A DNA stretch of 46,777 nt, from NCBI GenBank assembly GCA_031365225.1, contig JANLXT010000059.1:1-46777 (forward strand). Reading direction: 5' to 3'. Shown here piece after piece: positions 30,521 to 39,508 of the stretch. Source of the DNA: a candidate division FCPU426 bacterium (GTDB lineage Bacteria > Oederibacteriota > JAJYGY01 > DAIDJD01). The first letter of the stretch is position 1. Each line of letters begins with the position of its first letter. The notes under the pieces are model-generated. The model had not been told where the DNA came from. It searched no databases and worked only from the letters and a program-made list of their open reading frames with translations. The translations under genes were made by a program, and so were the position numbers.

Positions 30521-30613
30521 TTTTTTTTGGATACACCTTCATACGACTAGTGTGAAGCAGAACTGAGTAGAAGGGGATTTCCCCTAAACTAACATACGAA
30601 AGAAAAGGCAAGG

Positions 30614-31534
30614 ATGCGAAATATGACTGCTGAAACTGAAAATCTTGCCCTACCCAAGGGTATCCATCGGAGCCGTGCTCTTCCAGATGCGACTCTCGGA
30701 ACCCTTTGGGATTCGATCTTCCTCGACGAGCGGCTGAAGTCTCAACTTTTGTCACAAGCGATGTTGAACTTCACGCTTCGAGGCAAGGTTGCACGTAGCG
30801 TGATTCCATTGCACGGGGTCATCCTATTGGTCGGCCCTCCGGGCACAGGTAAGACGTCCCTCGCCCTGGGCCTAGCTAGTCGTACCGCTGAGTCGTTCAA
30901 GAGCGGCAAATTCCGCCTGCTCGAGGTTGAACCTCATATGTTGACCAGTTCAGCAATGGGCAAAACCCAGCGTGCTGTCTCAGACCTGTTCTCTCAGGCG
31001 ATAGCCGAGTCCGCTGCAAATGGGCCTACCATTGTGCTGCTCGATGAAGTTGAAACACTGGCGGCCGATCGTTCGAAGATGAGCTTAGAGGCAAACCCAG
31101 TCGATATTCATCGTGCGACCGATGCCGTATTGGTGCAGCTCGATGCTTTGGCGGAGCGGTATCCGAACCTTCTCTTCGTCGCCACCAGCAATTTCCCTCA
31201 AGCGGTCGACAGCGCGTTTACCTCTCGTTGCGATCTTGTTATGGAGATCCCGTTGCCAGATCGCCAGGCATGCAGCCAGATCTTGAAGGATTGCCTGATA
31301 GGTCTTGGCAAGGTATATCCCGCCATCGCCAAGCTGGCGATCTCTTCACAATTTGAACACTGCGCGGAAGCTTGTGTAGGGATTGATGGAAGGGCCATAC
31401 GAAAGATGGTGGCCAACGCACTCGCCAGCAGTCCCAAGACCGCGATGAATCCAGAACAGGTTTCAATCGAGAACCTGTTAGCCGCTGCCAAAACCGCAAA
31501 GGCAAGTCGCATTCCTGAAGGGAAAAGTAAATGA
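30614..31534 (+). CDS. cap6: CBASS TRIP13/Pch2-like AAA+ ATPase
   Basis: GPPGTGKT, LLDEVE, TSN, D.AF.SR.D motifs; adjacent to HORMA genes. Confidence 0.9.
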   Translation: MRNMTAETENLALPKGIHRSRALPDATLGTLWDSIFLDERLKSQLLSQAMLNFTLRGKVARSVIPLHGVILLVGPPGTGKTSLALGLASRTAESFKSGKFRLLEVEPHMLTSSAMGKTQRAVSDLFSQAIAESAANGPTIVLLDEVETLAADRSKMSLEANPVDIHRATDAVLVQLDALAERYPNLLFVATSNFPQAVDSAFTSRCDLVMEIPLPDRQACSQILKDCLIGLGKVYPAIAKLAISSQFEHCAEACVGIDGRAIRKMVANALASSPKTAMNPEQVSIENLLAAAKTAKASRIPEGKSK

Positions 31535-32007
31535 GTACCGTCGCCAGTCGCACGTTCCGGAGCAGCCCGCAGCGGGATGCGTTGCAAACTTGGACTGCGA
31601 TAGTTGAATTACTAACGCAGGGCAAGTCTAGCGTTGCTCGAACTGAATTGCTGGCGATTGGCGGAATAGCAGCAACATTAATCGCCGATCGAACCCCAAA
31701 AGATGAGGCGATAGTCGTTATTTGTGACGGTCCACGCACTCGGCTCTATTGTCTATATGACGATGAAGCTATTGAGGGATCTGATGCCAGCGAAGATGCG
31801 CTGGGTTTTGATCCTTTGAAAGGGGACTGGAACGTCTCCCTGCCTTGTGCAGCGGCCGATGTCAAATGGGTGCAAGCCGCACTCAAGAAGCATAGCAGAC
31901 GCATTGTTGCGCGTGAGAGCGGAGCGGATGTAAAGACGGCGGAAAGCAAGAACGTGTCGAAGGCTGAAGACCTCATTTTTGATCCGAAAGGGTTCCTCAA
32001 ATCATGA
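31531..32007 (+). CDS. cap8: CBASS HORMA3 protein
   Basis: [39 protein letters not shown], recognised as close to Pseudomonas HORMA3. Confidence 0.88.
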   Translation: MSTVASRTFRSSPQRDALQTWTAIVELLTQGKSSVARTELLAIGGIAATLIADRTPKDEAIVVICDGPRTRLYCLYDDEAIEGSDASEDALGFDPLKGDWNVSLPCAAADVKWVQAALKKHSRRIVARESGADVKTAESKNVSKAEDLIFDPKGFLKS

Positions 32008-32504
32008 GCAATGTCACAGTCAATACCTACACCCACTCCGTCGTCTATGTTGCGAACAATATTCTCAAGAGCCTGAAGGATATTATTGTTCTCAGTGGCC
32101 TTGATCCTGCAAATCTTGTGGATGATTGGGCATGTAAGATGCGCGGACTTCAGACGTGGCTCACCTCGCAGCATCTAGAGCGGGTGATCCTTGAGGTCTT
32201 TGATCCCAAAACCGACGCGTTGGTCGGACGATGGGATATTGATGTCGTGTACACGATGGGCTCAGGTGACGGGGGATTCTGGACTGACACGGACCAAATC
32301 AAATATCACATTGGCAAAGCAGGACTAGTGCCAAGCGCAGCTCGCTATCGGATTTTGCTTCAGAACAAGCCTGGACGCCCAGATGTCGAAGGATGGGGAC
32401 CTGCTGAGTACAGGTCCACTGAAGGGTTTGTCCGTCAAAGTCTAGGCACTACGATTGAGCATAACGGGTTGGGCGGAAGCGCCGCTTATTGGAGGAAAAG
32501 CTAG
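32004..32504 (+). CDS. cap7: CBASS HORMA2 protein
   Basis: [35 protein letters not shown], recognised as close to Pseudomonas HORMA2. Confidence 0.88.
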   Translation: MSNVTVNTYTHSVVYVANNILKSLKDIIVLSGLDPANLVDDWACKMRGLQTWLTSQHLERVILEVFDPKTDALVGRWDIDVVYTMGSGDGGFWTDTDQIKYHIGKAGLVPSAARYRILLQNKPGRPDVEGWGPAEYRSTEGFVRQSLGTTIEHNGLGGSAAYWRKS

Positions 32505-33403
32505 TGTTAACCATCGACGATGCCTTTCGCAAGTTCAAGAGCCGGCTCGAGCTCAATGAGCGGGAGCAAAAGAACGCGTCCGCCCGGCAAACTGAGGTGC
32601 GGGAATATCTCGAAACAAAATTCTCAATCGAGCGCAGTTTTCTAACCGGGTCCTACGCTCGGCACACCAAAACGAAGCCTCTCAAAGACATCGACATCTT
32701 TTTCGTGATGAGCGAGTCTGAAAAGAAGTACCGGTCCAAAGCACCTTCGGTGGTGATCGGTGAATATTTTAAAGCCCTGGTTGCTAAGTATGGCGAAAAG
32801 GCCGTGCGCAAGCAAAGCCGGTCGGTCAATGTCGACTTTGGAATTGTAGCCGATGTAGACGATAATACTGACTACCGGGTGCTCAGTGTTGACGTCGTGC
32901 CGGCCTTTGAAGATGGGAAAAATTACGAGATACCTGACGACGATATCGGGAAGTGGATCAAAACGAATCCCGAGATTCATGCGGACAAGGCGACTGCGGC
33001 GCATCAGGCCTTTTCCGGTGAATGGAAGGGTTTGGTGCGAATGGTCAAATATTGGAATAACAATGCAAAGCACGGAGAAAAGCCGGTAAAACCCTCTTTC
33101 CTTATCGAGGTCATGGCTCTCCAGTGTTTGCATGGCGACTGGCAGGGTCGCTTTGACTATGAGATGCAGGCGTTTTTTTCCACCTTGGCTGATCGGATTT
33201 TAGATGAGTGGCCAGATCCCGCTGGACTAGGGCCTCCGATTAGCGCGGGGATGGATGCTACTCGCAAAGCGCGGGCTCAAAGCTTTCTTTCGGCAGCAAG
33301 TAGGGAGGCAACCATCGCTATAAATCATGCGCGCCAAGGGCGCACTGGCGAGGCTTTGACAGCTTGGCGTACATTGTTTGGATCTAAGTTCCCGCTCTCC
33401 TAG
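32504..33403 (+). CDS. cdnD: CD-NTase (CdnD-like cyclic oligonucleotide synthase)
   Basis: [16 protein letters not shown] nucleotidyltransferase motif, [15 protein letters not shown]; GTG start at 32504 after GGAGG. Confidence 0.92.
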   Translation: MLTIDDAFRKFKSRLELNEREQKNASARQTEVREYLETKFSIERSFLTGSYARHTKTKPLKDIDIFFVMSESEKKYRSKAPSVVIGEYFKALVAKYGEKAVRKQSRSVNVDFGIVADVDDNTDYRVLSVDVVPAFEDGKNYEIPDDDIGKWIKTNPEIHADKATAAHQAFSGEWKGLVRMVKYWNNNAKHGEKPVKPSFLIEVMALQCLHGDWQGRFDYEMQAFFSTLADRILDEWPDPAGLGPPISAGMDATRKARAQSFLSAASREATIAINHARQGRTGEALTAWRTLFGSKFPLS

Positions 33404-33452
33404 CGCCTGTGCGGAAAGGTGCCTTTGATAGCAGTACTTCTAAAGGCAGAGT

Positions 33453-34967
33453 ATGGCTGACGCCCCGACAGCTCTATGGCATGGAGGCAATTACCAAGCG
33501 CGCATCTTCTGGATGCACGCGCTAAACCTGCTTGCGCGACACACATCCGTAAGCGAGGTTACTTTTGAAGCAAATGGCCCCAAGGCTTTTGATGATGTTG
33601 TAGTCAAGTATGACCCGCCTGTGGCGCGTTCGGGACCGGAACGGGTTAGCGTCGAATATCTCCAGATCAAATGGCACGTAGAAATGGGCGGAAGGTTTGG
33701 CTACGCGGACTTTATTGATCCTGGTTTTATTGGGGCAAAGAGAGTTTCGATTTTGGAACGCCTTCAAGAAGCGCGGAAGATGGCGCCCACATCGGCCCAC
33801 TTCTTATTTTTCACCACCTACCAGATCAAGGATGGAGATCCTCTTGCTTGCCTGATTTCTGGCGTTGATAGGAGTCTCCTCGTTGGAAAGCTTTTTGATG
33901 GTTCAACTGACAGGAGCCATACAGGTCAAATCCGGGAACTATGGAGGAAACATCTTGGCCTTGCGACCGACGACGAACTCAAAGATGTAGTGATTGGTCT
34001 CAGGATATGTGCTGGGTATCACTCTCTGCAGGAACTGAGGGATGAATTGAATTATAGGGCGCAGAACGTGGGCGTTTTGGCTTGTTCGACTAATTCAGAT
34101 TTTCGCTATGATGAACTCGCACGACAGTTGAAGTCTAGGAAGTTAAACACTTTGACAAAAGCGACGATTCTTAAGCTTTTCAAGGAAGAAGGGTTGCTGG
34201 TTGAACTGGCTGCTGAAACGAATCTATTCTTGCCGATTGCAATTCGTAGCTTTTTGGGACCTGCCGCCGATATCGTAGGAGCAGCACCGGAGGATACGCT
34301 GCTTCTCACTGATGATTTTGGACAGCGCTACTTAGAGGACGGCCGGGAATGGCAGCGCGACATTCGCCCGAAGGTCGAAGCGTTCTTGCGAGCCGCAGTG
34401 AAGAAGTCTTCCAGCTTGAGACTAATTTTAGACGCGCACGCGTCCATCGCGTTTCTCTCAGGCGTTGTTTTGGATCTAAAGTCCGGCGTCAAGACATTGC
34501 TTGTCCAGAAAGGACGAATTGGATCTAGCCTTTGGCGGGCCGATGATGGCTCGGCAGATAAAGGCGGGCGTTTTGAGATCGCCACCGAAGTCATCGGCGA
34601 TGGCCAAGAAATAGCTATTTCGATTAGCGTCTCTCAGCCCACGCTGGCCCAGACGAAGGGCTACGTTGCCGGGCAGCTACTAAATGTTGGCACGGTGATC
34701 TCGTTTACCATGGCGACCGGACTGAGACAGCAAAGTGTACAGGGCGGAGAACATGCGGCAGCTTTAGCTGAGCAGATCTCCAATTGCGTACGGGAGCTGA
34801 AGGCAGATAGTCCAGACGCTATCGTGCATATTTTTGCAGCCTGTCCGAATAGCCTATTGTTTTTTCTGGGCCAACAAAACAAGGGGATTGCTCCCTGTAT
34901 CGTCTACGAATTCGATTTTGATCGGTTGGGGAACAAGAGCTATCAGCCTTCATTTGAGATTGATTGA
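33453..34967 (+). CDS. cap4: Cap4-like effector: restriction-endonuclease-fold nuclease + SAVED domain
   Basis: G.NYQARIFW, FDDVVV..YLQIKWH PD-(D/E)xK-like core; SAVED motifs AHASIAFL.G and VHIFAACPN.L.FFLGQ. Confidence 0.85.
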   Translation: MADAPTALWHGGNYQARIFWMHALNLLARHTSVSEVTFEANGPKAFDDVVVKYDPPVARSGPERVSVEYLQIKWHVEMGGRFGYADFIDPGFIGAKRVSILERLQEARKMAPTSAHFLFFTTYQIKDGDPLACLISGVDRSLLVGKLFDGSTDRSHTGQIRELWRKHLGLATDDELKDVVIGLRICAGYHSLQELRDELNYRAQNVGVLACSTNSDFRYDELARQLKSRKLNTLTKATILKLFKEEGLLVELAAETNLFLPIAIRSFLGPAADIVGAAPEDTLLLTDDFGQRYLEDGREWQRDIRPKVEAFLRAAVKKSSSLRLILDAHASIAFLSGVVLDLKSGVKTLLVQKGRIGSSLWRADDGSADKGGRFEIATEVIGDGQEIAISISVSQPTLAQTKGYVAGQLLNVGTVISFTMATGLRQQSVQGGEHAAALAEQISNCVRELKADSPDAIVHIFAACPNSLLFFLGQQNKGIAPCIVYEFDFDRLGNKSYQPSFEID

Positions 34968-35279
34968 CTTGAAAAGCGTTGTGGATATCCGTTAACCGGA
35001 GAGGATTCGGCATGTATTTTATTGGGACGTGTGTTCAAGTCCGGGTTTTAGAAAGGACGACCTCTAACTGGCTGCCGGTGGGGATCGACCTATCTGATTC
35101 GCAAAGTGTGGGGCGAGTTGTAAGTTCGAAGGAGTACTATGCAATTTTTTTGTCCGTAATGTCATTTTTTGGGAGCTACCCTCGAGGTCGCTTAGGATTC
35201 CTTGGCTCGAGGGAATTTAGAAATTGGTGATCTGAGGAATCCGAGCGGCACACTTAGAATTTCGGCTGACGGAGGGAAC

Positions 35280-36632
35280 ATGTGCGACGAACAAGGCAAT
35301 CCGGAGTTGGGACTTGAACCCATCTATTCAAATCAGATCAACCAGCCAATCACCCTATATAACGGGCCATGCGAATTGGGATTGCCGGAAAGCTCCATTT
35401 CCGCAAACGTGCATCTCTACTACGCGTGGCGTCCAAACGGCGGGCCCGAAGTAGAGGTCTTGCTTCCTAGCTTCATCCCGAGCTTGAATTTGATGAACGG
35501 ATTCTCGCTGAGGATTAGCGCCCTTGGCCTAATTTTAGGTATTACCGGAAGAAGGATGACGACTTCGACAAATGGCGTGACTAGGTTGTGGGGGCTTGTC
35601 GAGGGCCGCCTTAGGTATGGCCAGCAAACGGGTTTAACGAAGATGAAATTTCACGTCGTAAACTTTCAGGCGGTGCGTGGGGCTCACCTACGCCGAGGCA
35701 ACAACCGAATCGCTGGCAGAATAGAACTTGCAAATGCGAATTGGAGAATTCAGGTCGATCCAGTTGAAGGGCATGGGATCAACCAAGAATTCAGCCAAAC
35801 ACTGGACGACACAAAGGGGTACGGAATAACCCACATCGGGTGTATCTCGAAAAATGATAATTCCGAATTTTCCGCCGATGATTGCGAGCCCCTTCTTGTT
35901 GCGCTAGGGAAGACGCTTAGTTTTGCGGGTGCCGTGTACACCTACCCAATCCTTTGGTGCGGCTATTCCCAGACAGGTACCATAGTGTTTCGTGATTGGT
36001 CCCGCTGCAGAATCGATGCCTACCAGAACAACACAACTTGGTTCTCCGGATCACCACCTCTCGGGCTTCAAGAGGTATTTAATGGTTGGCTGCAACTTTC
36101 GAGCCATCCGGACTATGAAACGATTGTTGCGGCATGGGGCATGTACATGGATTCCCACTCACCGAGCGTATCTCAAGAATCCGAGCTGGTGATCGCACAG
36201 GCGGCCTTGGAAGGGATTGAGACCGGCTGGAATTTTCCCCCAATGAACAATTTTACCACTGCCCCAGTATTCAACCCGTCCGCCACTGCGGCAGATAGGA
36301 TTTGGTCTGTCGCAAATTCTTTGGGGATGGCACCAACCGCACCACAACATTTTGTGCAGCTAAATGCGCTAGCGCATCCTACCCCTAACGCTCCGGTCTT
36401 GGAGAAGGTGACATGGGTTCGCAACTCCATAGCCCATCTTGGTAACTACCCTAGACTGGCAAATCAACATGATCTCGTCGTCTATGAATCTTGGCTCTAT
36501 GCAGTGTGGTTGCTAGAGCTGGCCCTCCTTCGGCTACTAGATTTTCCGGGCCCCTATCAAAATCGAATCGCTGTCCAGCACCACGTCCAGGTTGAACCAG
36601 TTCCTTGGATTCGGATCCCGCAGGGGCCCTAA
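35280..36632 (+). CDS. Hypothetical protein with C-terminal HEPN-type RxxxxH motif (ApeA/YopA-like)
   Basis: GGAGGG SD before the ATG at 35280; FHVVNF, GYGITHIG, LSFA; RNSIAH near the C-terminus. Confidence 0.65.
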   Translation: MCDEQGNPELGLEPIYSNQINQPITLYNGPCELGLPESSISANVHLYYAWRPNGGPEVEVLLPSFIPSLNLMNGFSLRISALGLILGITGRRMTTSTNGVTRLWGLVEGRLRYGQQTGLTKMKFHVVNFQAVRGAHLRRGNNRIAGRIELANANWRIQVDPVEGHGINQEFSQTLDDTKGYGITHIGCISKNDNSEFSADDCEPLLVALGKTLSFAGAVYTYPILWCGYSQTGTIVFRDWSRCRIDAYQNNTTWFSGSPPLGLQEVFNGWLQLSSHPDYETIVAAWGMYMDSHSPSVSQESELVIAQAALEGIETGWNFPPMNNFTTAPVFNPSATAADRIWSVANSLGMAPTAPQHFVQLNALAHPTPNAPVLEKVTWVRNSIAHLGNYPRLANQHDLVVYESWLYAVWLLELALLRLLDFPGPYQNRIAVQHHVQVEPVPWIRIPQGP

Positions 36633-36969
36633 CGCCGAGAGCCGCAACAGGCTCGTCCTACAATTTTTGACCGGGCTGAAATGACGAAGAACGAAACAGG
36701 TTGGGCGCCAGCTACAAAACCCTTCAGGACCATCGGTCCTGTTCTAGGCCGTCTTACGCCGCCTTCCGTTTGGCGGGAGAATCGAGGGCTAGGACTAGGT
36801 GGGTGCTCTTGGAACCGCCTGAAATCACTTTAAATTTGAAGGTGTCGACGAAGTAGGGGCGGTTCGGAGGGAAACGGACCTGTGGCATCAAGGTTGTACG
36901 GACTGGGGAGCACTCAAGACCGACAGGAGAACTGGAAGGCTATCTGGAATGTTCTTCCGTCGGTACCCT

Positions 36970-37027
36970 TCAGGGAGCCAATCTGTGACAATAGGAGAAC
37001 TTCGTGCAAACGGGGTTCTCCTTTGTC
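36970..37027 (+). repeat. Right att direct repeat (58 bp, contains the tRNA 3' end TCAGGGAGCCA)
   Basis: Identical to 14034-14091. Confidence 0.92.
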
Positions 37028-37116
37028 GTCTGGAAGCCAACGGGGGCATGGAGAACGCCTTGCCGGAGACCTTCGGGCAGCTGGACGAGCTGCTGGCGGT
37101 CTTGGGCGCGAAGTAG
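37028..37116 (+). pseudogene. 3' remnant of a probable SRPBCC/AHA1-family gene
   Basis: Reads LEANGGMENALPETFGQLDELLAVLGAK-stop, resembling SRPBCC C-terminal helices; no 5' part present. Confidence 0.4.
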
Positions 37117-37208
37117 GGACGAAAACGAAGAAGGCTCTGCTGATGCCCAGCAGGGTCTTCTTCGTTTAGAATGGGGCTCCTGGCTTTCAGGCATCGGAGG
37201 TCCCATTC

Positions 37209-38180
37209 ATGCAAGCGATCGTCTTCACCCACTACGGCCCGCCCGAATCCCTTCGGCTTCTCGACGTCCCAGTTCCGGTCCCCGCGGCCAATCAGGTCTT
37301 AGTCCAGATCCGCGCCGCCGCGGCGAACGCCGCTGACTGGCATGTCCTCCGCGCCGACCCCTTCCTAGCCCGCCTGATGTGCGGTCTCTTCAAACCCACG
37401 CGCCAGCGCTTAGGCGCCGACTTGGCCGGCGTGGTCGAGGCGGTCGGCTCCGGCGTGACCCGTTTCAAGGCCGGTGACGAGGTCTTCGGCATCCTTGAAT
37501 TCAAGGAATGGGGCGCCTACGCCGAAAAGGCCGTCGTTCAGGAAGACCTGCTGGCGCTGAAACCCGCCGGATTCAGCTTCGAGGAAGCCGCCGCAGTGCC
37601 ACTGGCGGCCCTGACCGCTTTGCAGGGCCTGCGCGACGGTGTAAAACTGCAGAAGGGCGAGAGGATCCTGATCAACGGGGCCTCGGGCGGTGTGGGCAGC
37701 TTTGCGGTCCAGATCGCCAAGGCCTTGGGCGCGGAGGTGACCGCGATCTGCAGCACCGCCAACGTGGAAGCCGTCCGCGGGCTGGGCGCTGACCACGTTA
37801 TCGACTACAAGCAGACGGACTTCACCCAGCAGCCGCAGCGCTACGACGCGGTCTTCGCCGCCAACGGAAATACGTCGCTCGGGGCCTACAAGCGTCTGCT
37901 GACGCCGCAGGGCCACTACGGGGGTTCCGGCGGTTCGGGCAAGCAGATGGCGCAGTCCATGCTGCTGGGGCCCTTCCTATCCGAACGGAAGGGGCGACGC
38001 TTCAGCTGGACGGATATGCGGCCCAAGCGGGCGGACCTGGAGCAGTTGCGCGGGCTCATGGAGAGCGGAGCGTTGAAGCCGCTGATCGACCGCAGCTACC
38101 CCTTGGCCCAGGCGCCCCAGGCCATCGCCTATCTGGAAGAAGGACACGCTCGAGGCAAAGTGGTGATCACGGTCGCCTAG
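37209..38180 (+). CDS. NAD(P)-dependent MDR-family oxidoreductase (quinone reductase-like)
   Basis: YGPPE, GADLAGVVEAVG, GAYAE, INGASGGVG, GHARGKVV motifs; GGAGG SD. Confidence 0.92.
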   Translation: MQAIVFTHYGPPESLRLLDVPVPVPAANQVLVQIRAAAANAADWHVLRADPFLARLMCGLFKPTRQRLGADLAGVVEAVGSGVTRFKAGDEVFGILEFKEWGAYAEKAVVQEDLLALKPAGFSFEEAAAVPLAALTALQGLRDGVKLQKGERILINGASGGVGSFAVQIAKALGAEVTAICSTANVEAVRGLGADHVIDYKQTDFTQQPQRYDAVFAANGNTSLGAYKRLLTPQGHYGGSGGSGKQMAQSMLLGPFLSERKGRRFSWTDMRPKRADLEQLRGLMESGALKPLIDRSYPLAQAPQAIAYLEEGHARGKVVITVA

Positions 38181-38194
38181 GCCAGAGTAAAGGG

Positions 38195-38243
38195 GCCAAA
38201 AAAAGAACAGCCCGGCCGTCGGCCGGGCTGTTCTTTTTTTGGC
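38195..38243. terminator. Bidirectional intrinsic terminator
   Basis: 23-bp perfect inverted repeat GCCAAAAAAAGAACAGCCCGGCC-GTC-GGCCGGGCTGTTCTTTTTTTGGC. Confidence 0.9.
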
Positions 38244-38257
38244 TTTCCTGTTGATGC

Positions 38258-38746
38258 TCAGCCCTCGAAGAAGGGCCTCGCCTTGGCCGTCCCCGCTTCT
38301 ACCTCATGCCGGTAGACCTGTACCCATCCATTGGTATCCTTGAACAACCTCACGCACTTGATGTATTTCTCATCCGTCAGGTAGAAGCGATGGTAGCGGC
38401 CGTCGGGGACGGAGATGAAGTCCCCGCTGCCTACTTCGACCTTCATCCACTTGTCGTCCAGGCTGCGGATCTCCCAGATGCCGCCGCCAGCCAGGGTGAA
38501 GCGGACTTCGTCGCCAGGGTGGTAGTGCTCGATCTCGAACTTGGCGCACATCGCTTCGTAGTTCGGCAGGGCCGGCGACATGTTCACTTCGTCTTGGGTC
38601 ACGTAGCCGTGTTCCTTCATCACCTTGTCCAGATGACCTTGGTAGGAGGCCGGGTCGGTGGGGAGCTGCATAAAAGTGATGCCCTGCTCGTTTAATTCCT
38701 GAGACGTGATCTCTTTGCCTGTCTCTAACCATACTGCTTTCATCAT
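38258..38746 (-). CDS. mtnD: Acireductone dioxygenase
   Basis: EHYH..DEVRF cupin metal motif, GDFISVP.G.YHRF, VRLF; next to mtnB. Confidence 0.9.
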   Translation of the reverse strand: MMKAVWLETGKEITSQELNEQGITFMQLPTDPASYQGHLDKVMKEHGYVTQDEVNMSPALPNYEAMCAKFEIEHYHPGDEVRFTLAGGGIWEIRSLDDKWMKVEVGSGDFISVPDGRYHRFYLTDEKYIKCVRLFKDTNGWVQVYRHEVEAGTAKARPFFEG

Positions 38747-38776
38747 TCCTCCAAAAAAGTCGATTGAGTCGTCAAT

Positions 38777-39400
38777 CTATTCCGCGTCAAGGGCCAGCCC
38801 AAGCTGTTTCATGCGGCCCGCGGTTTCGAACAAGTAGTCATAGCTCTCAGCTTGGGCCTTGGCATGCTGCCAGTTACGGCCCCAGACATAGACCCCGTGA
38901 TCGCGGACCAGCACCGCGTTGGCTCTTGGGTTGTCACGGATGGCTTGGCTCAACGAGCCGGCCAGATCCCGCTCTTGCGCCGTATTTTCGATGATGGGCA
39001 GCTCAAGGGTGTCGAAAGCGCCATAGCCTTCTACGCCCTTCTGCATCTCCATGCCGCTGATGCGGAATCTCTTCTTAAAGAGCTTGGTCACCAGCAGGGC
39101 GTGGATCGAATGGCTGTGCAGGACAGCGCCCGCGTTCCGCAGCTTGTAGGCGTGCATAAAGAGGGGGGCACACTGGGAGAGCTGGGCCCCGTGGCCAGGC
39201 TCCTCAACGATGCCGCCTTCTTCATTCAGCACAAAGATATCTTCGGGAACTAAGCGTTCTTTTTGAACGCCGCTGGGGGCCATGTAGATGCGACCGCCCT
39301 CTTTAAGGGAGATGCCGCCACCGGTGCCAGAAGCCCAGCCAAGATGGTAGAACTGCCGACAAAGCTCACAGACCAATTCTCGATTTTTTTGAATTTCCAT
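38777..39400 (-). CDS. mtnB: Methylthioribulose-1-phosphate dehydratase
   Basis: GW.SGTGGGIS, APSGVQKE, AVLHSHS, PIIEN, HGVYVWG motifs. Confidence 0.92.
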   Translation of the reverse strand: MEIQKNRELVCELCRQFYHLGWASGTGGGISLKEGGRIYMAPSGVQKERLVPEDIFVLNEEGGIVEEPGHGAQLSQCAPLFMHAYKLRNAGAVLHSHSIHALLVTKLFKKRFRISGMEMQKGVEGYGAFDTLELPIIENTAQERDLAGSLSQAIRDNPRANAVLVRDHGVYVWGRNWQHAKAQAESYDYLFETAGRMKQLGLALDAE

Positions 39401-39508
39401 GACATTATCGTAGCAAGCTTTTCTTATTTACGTCAAGAAGCCTGGCAGAACCCTCCGCCCGAAAGGCCCTTTGTGCGCGCTGAAGAGAATCGCCATGCTT
39501 TGACGGTG

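Larger units (their letters stand above)
14034..37027. mobile_element. Genomic island integrated at tRNA-Asn by a large serine recombinase
   Basis: Identical 58-bp direct repeats at both ends, recombinase at the tRNA-proximal end, toxin/defence cargo, visibly more AT-rich stretches. Confidence 0.9.

Noticed and set aside
34979-35230. 83-aa ORF between cap4 and the HEPN-motif gene
   Set aside because: No recognisable motif and no convincing coding signal; treated as intergenic
14034-37027. Prophage or ICE interpretation of the island
   Set aside because: No capsid, terminase, tail, relaxase or T4SS genes are recognisable
36882-37336. Several ORFs spanning the right att repeat
   Set aside because: They cross the junction and look chimeric or spurious; only the integrase attP tail and the SRPBCC-like stump were kept
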